A DNA stretch of 64,000 nt, taken from positions 20,072 through 84,071 of IMG/VR virus record IMGVR_UViG_3300025141_012285; one strand, 5' to 3'. This document shows positions 57,501 through 64,000 of the stretch, piece after piece. Numbering within the stretch: position 1 is the first letter of the stretch; every line of letters starts with the position of its first letter. The DNA comes from a virus. A program made the translations under genes and the position numbers. The notes beneath the pieces are model-generated. The model worked only from the letters and a program-made list of their open reading frames with translations, was not told the origin of the DNA and ran no database searches.

Positions 57501-59627
57501 CTTCAAGAGATGCCGGGCCTTATCGCAGATGAAGTTTCCAATAAGATGTTTGACAGGCTAAGAGATTTGCCTTATGCCGATCTAGATTCGGCAATCGAGA
57601 TCCAGATGGAAGCTGCTGCTGCAACAGAGCGTCTGCATGCCGATTATCTAGAAGCGCTCTCAGGCTATCTAAGGAAAGACTTGTGTAGTATTTATGTAGC
57701 CACATCTTACCCGGGTGCCTTCGGTGCCGGCCGTTCCTTCGACGACACCGTCAGCGCCGACAACCTACGGAGACTGCGCGGCGGCACCGAAGAAGAAGCT
57801 TCAAAGCTCATGTTCGGCGTTGTGGAAGGGGACGTGATATCCGCCGGCGAAGGCGAAACTGTTGTTCCCTATGGCCATTTTTCGCTTCCAAACGAGTGCG
57901 CCGTGAAAGGCAAAGCCCGGCTGATAGGTGCGGGCTCGACTGCCCGGAATCAAAGTGAAATTTTTAAGTTAGATTTCGGAGAGAGCATTAAACAACTCAT
58001 GTTGGATAACTTTCTGGACAACAAAGAAGATATAAAGCAAAAAGCAATTCAATATTTAAGTAGCCGTCGAGAACTAGATTCCCTCCAAAGTGATGTTGGC
58101 ATTCACTCTACATTGGCAGAAGTGGATATTGTTCTCAATAAATATGGATATTTCTTCTTCGATTTAGAAAAGTATATCCGCAAGCGCTCACTGATGTCAC
58201 AGGTCATTAACGTTGATAGGCTGCTGGCATATATGAGCCGCGGCCAAGAAATGACTAATGCGGCCGTCCGATTTGAAAGTGTTCAGATCCAACTAAACAA
58301 CTTTGGCATAAGAGAAGAAGGCGCCCCTTATGCGACCCCCGATGCACGATGGGGATATCACAATCGCGGCCCCATGCCGAACGCCGCCCTGCTGAAATTA
58401 TCGAGCGATCTTGAAACATCCCCCTATTCACCCACCAACTTCTCAAGAATGACATTTATCTCTCTTGAAGGCGAAGAGGGCGCACCGCTCGTATACAATA
58501 GAATTGAGCGAATAAACGCAGTCCGGTTTGATCAGATAGCAGGATTCACAAATAACCCCGACGCCGGCAGCAGCGGTGTGGTCGTGGACTCAAGTGGTAA
58601 TGCCACCGCAAGCCCCGCCACCGGGTACCAAAGGTCCGACGGCACAATGCCACCCACCCAGCCATCGTCGCCGCAGGGCGGCGCCGGTACCGGGGAAATC
58701 GATCCCTATATGGCCGGCGGTGATTACAACCCATACCGCGAAGCCGAGCGCGATGCAGCTCTCACCGATCGAAGGATAGACACGTTAGAAGGCCAGGAAG
58801 TCGACATCAACGCGGTCCTTGAGGAATATGGCACAGCAAATGTGAACACAAAGATCTCTCTGAGGAATTACACATTTGAAGGCTTTGCTGACATGGCTCT
58901 AAATATGGGCGCCACATGGCAAAACAATTATAGAATGATGTGCTTTAAATATCAATTCTTTATGGATGACGATTTAGCATATAGCAATAATGCACACGAA
59001 GAATATATCGATACTCTCAAGTCAGTGGATGACGTCAAGATTTCTATCCGGATTAGAGATAATTCGCCAGACGTAGTTAAAGCTTTATGCGACAAATATA
59101 TCGAAGAACATGATGACTTTATGGCTTACGTGGACGCCGCTGAAGAAAATTGTGCTTTTGATGCGTTTGACCAAAAGTTTAATAAGTTTTTTGCCGATGC
59201 CATGCTAGACGAATATCCAACACCCACCCAACAACCATGGTTTAGGATGGTGGCCACCTATGTTACACTGTATAACCTCTTTAGTGACGTATACGCCGGC
59301 GATCGCTCCAAAATGGAAGAAGCGGCCAATAATATGCTTGAAACAATCCGACCAGAAACAGGCACTCTCTCTGCTCTTATTTCTTTTAATGAAGCCTGCG
59401 AAGATTTCAAAGCTCGACTTGAAATAACAAAAGTGACAGTAGAGACAGTTGATAACGGGATGGCAGAGCCTTGGCTGCTCGGCGATGATCCCACAGATGC
59501 TGCGGTTGCCGCCGAGAGTCATGGCTCCATTGTCGATTTCGACATTTATAGGACTTTGGCAGTCGAAGTTATTGATCATATTGGAGATTATACCACCAGA
59601 GAAGATAAGATGCTTGAAGAGTTATAG
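54585..59627 (+). CDS. Large (1680 aa) hypothetical protein
   Basis: Long acidic ORF overlapping the previous gene, no recognised domain. Confidence 0.6.
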   Translation: MSRLTKEQAMNLYGRNLPTPTIEKMTLLDVKADDEFIVALDELAAIDFEDDAYEAVLDQMNTRRSQIISTTTRIDMDISFYLQTWEGFDVNELTRELFEQITTSPNDLGTLDTSNSLYINAAVTYPSSPEAGDSVGTLRRKNKLDLLPMFYDFSDRGLHNQLDAIEPHSVRPDANYLAAALSNMTALGANGRGGEYEVSVPLSDFYEVADLSAEYDADDNPIIKVSNIKLTFYITHFSLHPNIVFYAAVSTGSPVALGQRSPLDPVSYSMNFSDLTYEDLVKNGTLSSIGEPVFVDSGGIYYPNMPLRAINKKYYKIDEYGPKQIIAQTNALLSEYRAYLASDSELLDSVNQIKLLIQTEQDSIQFLQILNKAGQVYSETNTTTRLSRFYERFRILVNNADATLRNQQEVVKRVYRNYKVVDARAYVPPPMDAMSYVPELAESSDYLYEQIFHSNVANFVPMDDAPSEYPGRAELPSTPSERLTQFSEEAEVMRNDVVRLLMPYRGGTNVRGFDYDAGDPVSDDVYDNVRQQIAATRLPWESKSGMAETNNKLYTSSDHSYSIDDVGYSASEINEMLGDEYSQDHPLDRAAMKLTWWIYHVWAGRLIQGSEHKGYRANDDFDGVHWYVSTSDRNSFDWYADDIRSKHAEWSIRNPTAKEGKKSYPPSRFRGLVRSLSQEESYVPTPETAPRPDGTEGTGPQQPPVRRPPSAHGSEDWTISKFGYSPSATRLNPLPHFIYVGGTGPNTLVMEQDTDYNRGAHKNPAFWYSVHLTLTDPGQYTGPAGPRAGYYQYYLNNFFWTPADDKDVWAIHTLGNLDEQLSFWVPKSSITPTGREIDRPASLDWDPTGAMTWDAETYWLDNFSNYWERIGGVRAISARRPYLSDGSPYVDGGGNKILDDPNSDDSNIPFVRVKRRKLKRIYRDVRALVMNLFGMDEDGKGMLQATRGETHGSVDSDVDTGSTNAFTTLDAYLQEMPGLIADEVSNKMFDRLRDLPYADLDSAIEIQMEAAAATERLHADYLEALSGYLRKDLCSIYVATSYPGAFGAGRSFDDTVSADNLRRLRGGTEEEASKLMFGVVEGDVISAGEGETVVPYGHFSLPNECAVKGKARLIGAGSTARNQSEIFKLDFGESIKQLMLDNFLDNKEDIKQKAIQYLSSRRELDSLQSDVGIHSTLAEVDIVLNKYGYFFFDLEKYIRKRSLMSQVINVDRLLAYMSRGQEMTNAAVRFESVQIQLNNFGIREEGAPYATPDARWGYHNRGPMPNAALLKLSSDLETSPYSPTNFSRMTFISLEGEEGAPLVYNRIERINAVRFDQIAGFTNNPDAGSSGVVVDSSGNATASPATGYQRSDGTMPPTQPSSPQGGAGTGEIDPYMAGGDYNPYREAERDAALTDRRIDTLEGQEVDINAVLEEYGTANVNTKISLRNYTFEGFADMALNMGATWQNNYRMMCFKYQFFMDDDLAYSNNAHEEYIDTLKSVDDVKISIRIRDNSPDVVKALCDKYIEEHDDFMAYVDAAEENCAFDAFDQKFNKFFADAMLDEYPTPTQQPWFRMVATYVTLYNLFSDVYAGDRSKMEEAANNMLETIRPETGTLSALISFNEACEDFKARLEITKVTVETVDNGMAEPWLLGDDPTDAAVAAESHGSIVDFDIYRTLAVEVIDHIGDYTTREDKMLEEL

Positions 59628-59683
59628 ATGAAATCGTTAAAATTTATGCTATTACTAATTAATAGCAACAAGGAAATACACTT

Positions 59684-60250
59684 ATGAGATTGGTTATTAC
59701 ACCCGAGAGTATTAAAAACAGCACGAAGTATCGAAAAAGAAAAAGACAACAAATTCTTATGGACAAGATTGTTGATCCGCTGAAGGAGCCTACGCTTTTT
59801 AATGTACAGTCAGCAACCCTGTCCATCATGGCCAAGACTTCTCCATTTAGTTCTACACGAGAATTAAACAAGATTGGCACAAGTAATCGAAGAGATTTTG
59901 TCGCTCGACAAACTTTAGCGATGATGAATATCGCACCGGTAGACGTTGACAAAGATTTTTCTCTGCTCGAATCTAACTCAGAAAAACCTTCGATTTCCAA
60001 CCCAAATATCATGGATAGCGCGGACTTCAATAATACGATGAAAAAGCAAATATCAGCAACAGATAAATTTCCATCGACCACAGACCCATTCTACAAGTTA
60101 GATGAGGCAGTCTTTGCCCCTATCGCATATAAAACATTGAAAATAGCTGGAGGAAAAGTGGCCAACTTTCCCGATTTATCGTTTGTTCTTTCAAACATTA
60201 ATATCCTTAATCAAAGTACCAACTATTTCGGAAAAAGCAAGTATTTCTAG
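59684..60250 (+). CDS. Hypothetical protein
   Basis: 188 aa with an AAGGA RBS. Confidence 0.55.
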   Translation: MRLVITPESIKNSTKYRKRKRQQILMDKIVDPLKEPTLFNVQSATLSIMAKTSPFSSTRELNKIGTSNRRDFVARQTLAMMNIAPVDVDKDFSLLESNSEKPSISNPNIMDSADFNNTMKKQISATDKFPSTTDPFYKLDEAVFAPIAYKTLKIAGGKVANFPDLSFVLSNINILNQSTNYFGKSKYF

Positions 60251-60259
60251 GAGATTATT

Positions 60260-61168
60260 ATGGTAGACGTAACAAGATATGGAGGCACGGGCGGAGAAGA
60301 CTTTTCCGGCGCCCGAAGACCTAGAGAGGATATGACGACCTACGACGGTTCCCGCGGACCCCGGGCCACAACCGACATTTTATATGGCGATGCAGAAGAC
60401 CCCTCCGGCGCTATGCCCTCTGCGATCGACTGGTCCGACGCCCTTCCCCAAGTCCAGGACATTTTGGACGAAACGACGACGCTAGAGATGGACGGTGTGT
60501 ACTTTCTCTCGGGCGAGAACCTCGTCGCCCACATGTCTACAATAGCTCCATGGTGCTTAGCTACCGAACAAATGAACATAGTGGCTGAAGATGGCGTGGA
60601 CTGGGGTACTGGTTGGGTTTTTAAGCCCATTTCTGACGTCGACCCCCTGCGCGCCCATGCCGCCAGCGGTATTATGATAGGTAAACTGAGTGTAAACAGC
60701 ATATATATCGACCCAGACCAAGGTATCTCCGGCGACACCGCGCTGGCGATCGATGGCTTGGCTCAATATGCCCATCTTGGTAAGTCGGACCCGACGCTCG
60801 TGAACGGTCCCACCGCTGGAGATGCCTATGGCAACGCCGTTTATCAAGCCCCAGTGTATACTTATGATGTAGATGAAGATCTTGCGTTGTGGAACAAGTT
60901 TGGTTATACAGCCGGCATTGCGGATTATCCTGCCGATACATATGGTGCCGTTAGTGTACGCATAGGTATGGAAATAGACGACCTTATTGAAATGTTACAG
61001 GTAGGATATTCTTCGCGCAAGAACATATCCAGAAGTACGCCCGGTATTAACATCTTTGATAATTTTGAAGTAATCTCCGCTGTAGAAAATGAAGAACCCA
61101 TCGACGAAAGCACGTCAGGAGTTGCCACATCTACTATGATCACTGACACGGGAGATTACGATTCATGA
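60260..61168 (+). CDS. Hypothetical acidic protein
   Basis: 302 aa with an AGGAG RBS. Confidence 0.6.
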   Translation: MVDVTRYGGTGGEDFSGARRPREDMTTYDGSRGPRATTDILYGDAEDPSGAMPSAIDWSDALPQVQDILDETTTLEMDGVYFLSGENLVAHMSTIAPWCLATEQMNIVAEDGVDWGTGWVFKPISDVDPLRAHAASGIMIGKLSVNSIYIDPDQGISGDTALAIDGLAQYAHLGKSDPTLVNGPTAGDAYGNAVYQAPVYTYDVDEDLALWNKFGYTAGIADYPADTYGAVSVRIGMEIDDLIEMLQVGYSSRKNISRSTPGINIFDNFEVISAVENEEPIDESTSGVATSTMITDTGDYDS

Positions 61169-64000
61169 CCACATTTCTCGATCCCCAGGGTCGAACTGTA
61201 GCCACGATTGACGACAGTGAACCTGCTTATATTCCTACCGCTATAAAAGTTTCATTAGTGGACTTAAATTTGGTTTCTGGCTCTAGTGATCGACTTAGGG
61301 CTGCGTGTGGTGGATATTTTACCAATACAAAAAGTGCGGACAACCTGTATGGCACACCACCTCCTTTCACTAAATTTGTGCCGGCAGACAACCCGCATAA
61401 AGATATTCTTCACGTGAGATCTCACCATGGTTCCAGTGTCAATGCTGCTCGGTTGTTAAATAGAGAAGTTGAAGAGGGCGCCGGGAGCGCTGTGCTGGGC
61501 TACTCCGACGCGTCAAGCCCGGGCGCTACTGGATATATGTTTGAGCAGCAAACTATTTTACCCTCTGTAACTTTTGTGTGCCGAGTCGAAGGTGATCCGA
61601 GAGCAGATTATTTAAGTGATGTACTTCAAGGAAGCAAATATTGGAAAACTTTATTTATGGGAGGGCAGTTTGAACACCACAATATAACCCCTATCTATAA
61701 TGAGGCGGCATATGACGACCACTATATCACGACAGACATGCCCTACACTAACTTACAAAAAAACTATTTGTTTAATGGAGCTTCCATGACAAATGTTGTG
61801 GGGATAACACCACGCTACAATCGCCACTTTAGAAGATATCAAAACCATTATTCGCAGTTTCAAATGTCTGAGCTTAATATTCCCAATTGGTATAGTATTA
61901 ATTTAATGGGTTATGCCATAGCTCAAGAGGAGCTGATCAGCACTGTCGATAAGCCCGGCGCGCTTATGGGAATGGAAGAAAAAGAGCAGAGATGCTTAAA
62001 GTTATTTGACTTTAGCATGCGGGATTATTATTCAGGAGGGTCTTATATTCCGGCTGGTGGGGTCGAGGGTCTCTTCCAATCCATGAATTCGATAGTTTCT
62101 CCAGGGCGCTCCGGACAAATAATAGAGCTTACGACCCCTGATTGGTCGTTTCCGACCATTGACGATCGGCATGCTCCTCAAATGAAACATTTGACCCATT
62201 ATATAAACCATATACTACCCGACAAAACTGCCATTTTGTCATCAAACACCATGAAGAGAATGAGAGACAGAAACAAAAATATAATCTTCAACGCTAATGG
62301 TTCATCGGAAATTCTGAGTGAGTACTCAGAAGCTCACCAAAACCGCGCCGCCTTCCCATATTATGTTCAGGTCGAGTTCCCGGGCCTAGATAAAAGCCAG
62401 ATTAGCAACGCAATAATATCTCGCGAGTGTTCGTCTATTTTTATGAGAACGCTCAAGGAAACTTTTAGTGAACAAACCGACAACAAGGTGCCGGTTGTTA
62501 ACAAACACTTCTTAAGAAATGCAGAGTTTGTATCGAGTTCCGTCGACCGCGGCGAGAACCAAACGGTGAGCACTAGCGAAATAGTTAGTTATCGATCCGC
62601 TGATTTCGTAAAAATGGTTCTGTACGCGTATGATAATGTATTGCTTACTCATGAAGATTTTTGTTTTATGGATTATCAAACATTGGAAGTTAAAGCAGCG
62701 GAAGACACTAAGGCTCTTTACAGATCCTACAATAGTAGAAATACGTCACTACTGTTGGTTGATGTTCTTGGAATGTTTGGGGGCACAACATCAGCGGTAG
62801 CAGTTAATAATCTCAATGCAGTCCTCAACTCCCAAGTCGATTCCGGCCCCAACACTATAGAGGAGCAAGCTGCCCTGATTCCGGAAAGTAAATATCATGA
62901 AGTAGTTGCCTATCGTGTGGAAAAAGTTGGTGGCCCCCCACAACCGGACGCAATGACTCAGGAGGTACTACAGAACTTTTGGATTTTTAACACGCATCCG
63001 GGCACGTCGCCGTCACAAGTGTTAATTGACTCTCAGGTTAAATATGATTCCACATACACCTATAAAGTTTACGCTTACTACGTGATAAAGGGTTTTAAGT
63101 ATCAATATGGCGGCTTGCAAGTTAGCAGACTAATAGGCCAGATCCGCGAAGATGGATACACCGGCCCACTAGAATACGCATCGGGCGTAGAGGGCGGCCC
63201 TCCCACACCTCCGATTGCCTATTGTATAGAATATTACGATCCTTTTACCGATACTACGATGGACGATGTAATGAACAGTACGTCCGATGTTTATGGTGAT
63301 GCCGCCGGAGTGCAGCTTTCTGACTATAGCTCTGACGCCCAACGGGCCGCGGTCTCGTCGGAGACGACAAGCGGCGGCAATATTATGCCCCCTTATGTCG
63401 CCAATATCTCAGTTACAGTGCAACCGTCACTGAGAGTGGTAGAAGTACCTATTCTTACTAAAACTGTGGATGTCGTCGATAATCCCCCCAATGAAGTCGA
63501 CGTCGTGCCGGCCTATGCGCTCGGCAACACTAATCGCTTAATGTTTGATCTTGAGTATCAGACTTTCAGTGCTGCTCCCTACCCTCGTGCTATTTCAGAG
63601 AAAGATGTTAATCGGGCGCAAAACTATATAAGATCCCATGATATGACAGCCTATCAAAAGGTTCAATATGGATCTGTATCCCCCCAACGCGTCGTAGAGA
63701 TATACCGCTTAGCTTCCAAACCCACTAGCTTTAGGGATTTTGACACAGTGCTGCCGGAAACTGTATCTTTAGCCATCGATGGAAGCGATTTCTCCTACAC
63801 AACTGCGGTTTTTAGTGATATTGTAAAATCCAATCACAAATATTATTATCTATTCAGAGTTCTTAACAACAATAACGTTGCTGGAAATGTAGATACTATC
63901 ATTTCCGCAGAATTGGTAAATGATGGTGGATACAAATATGCACTTTTTGATACACTTTTTGAGGAAGATTTAGCAGAAGAATCTTATACAGATTCTACTA
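61165..64000 (+). CDS. 3'-truncated large protein (>945 aa), likely structural, absent from ORF track
   Basis: ATGA overlap at 61165 (MTTFLDPQGRTV...). Frame open wherever checked and at the window end, with FN3-like strands DSQVKYDSTYTYKVYAY and KYYYLFRV. Confidence 0.7.
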   Translation, partial: MTTFLDPQGRTVATIDDSEPAYIPTAIKVSLVDLNLVSGSSDRLRAACGGYFTNTKSADNLYGTPPPFTKFVPADNPHKDILHVRSHHGSSVNAARLLNREVEEGAGSAVLGYSDASSPGATGYMFEQQTILPSVTFVCRVEGDPRADYLSDVLQGSKYWKTLFMGGQFEHHNITPIYNEAAYDDHYITTDMPYTNLQKNYLFNGASMTNVVGITPRYNRHFRRYQNHYSQFQMSELNIPNWYSINLMGYAIAQEELISTVDKPGALMGMEEKEQRCLKLFDFSMRDYYSGGSYIPAGGVEGLFQSMNSIVSPGRSGQIIELTTPDWSFPTIDDRHAPQMKHLTHYINHILPDKTAILSSNTMKRMRDRNKNIIFNANGSSEILSEYSEAHQNRAAFPYYVQVEFPGLDKSQISNAIISRECSSIFMRTLKETFSEQTDNKVPVVNKHFLRNAEFVSSSVDRGENQTVSTSEIVSYRSADFVKMVLYAYDNVLLTHEDFCFMDYQTLEVKAAEDTKALYRSYNSRNTSLLLVDVLGMFGGTTSAVAVNNLNAVLNSQVDSGPNTIEEQAALIPESKYHEVVAYRVEKVGGPPQPDAMTQEVLQNFWIFNTHPGTSPSQVLIDSQVKYDSTYTYKVYAYYVIKGFKYQYGGLQVSRLIGQIREDGYTGPLEYASGVEGGPPTPPIAYCIEYYDPFTDTTMDDVMNSTSDVYGDAAGVQLSDYSSDAQRAAVSSETTSGGNIMPPYVANISVTVQPSLRVVEVPILTKTVDVVDNPPNEVDVVPAYALGNTNRLMFDLEYQTFSAAPYPRAISEKDVNRAQNYIRSHDMTAYQKVQYGSVSPQRVVEIYRLASKPTSFRDFDTVLPETVSLAIDGSDFSYTTAVFSDIVKSNHKYYYLFRVLNNNNVAGNVDTIISAELVNDGGYKYALFDTLFEEDLAEESYTDST

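Overview
This window looks like part of a very large (jumbo or huge) tailed phage genome with a contractile, T4-like baseplate. Essentially all credible genes are on the + strand, densely packed and in the standard genetic code. It has four blocks. (1) 1-11.8 kb, host-takeover and auxiliary genes: two HIGH-motif cytidylyltransferase-like proteins, a Fis-like HTH protein, a TlpA-like lipoprotein, a complete tmRNA (tag ANNNNHFESVRLAA), a permuted papain-like amidase, a eukaryote-type HAD phosphomannomutase, tRNA-Asn and tRNA-Gly, PIN-PhoH, an iscU-nfu-iscA Fe-S cassette, a HEXXH metallopeptidase and a four-Cys PD-(D/E)XK nuclease. (2) 11.8-26.7 kb, a roughly 15 kb glycan island: six glycosyltransferase-like genes, two sulfotransferases, a split transketolase-like pair, a methyltransferase, an epimerase, RfbH, RmlB, Fcl and Gmd. 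(3) 26.7-28.7 kb, small genes and a gp55-like sigma factor. (4) 28.7-64 kb, a virion/baseplate module: lysozyme-bearing hub, gp25-like and gp6-like wedge proteins, a 3884-aa LamG protein and other giant ORFs, the last running off the window. The most interesting inference is a phage-encoded virion glycosylation system. The glycan island lies next to structural proteins, two of which carry many dispersed [S/T]-[G/A/S]-S motifs, and a phage Fe-S cassette sits beside two predicted Fe-S client enzymes. All assignments come from motif recognition by eye; no searches were run.
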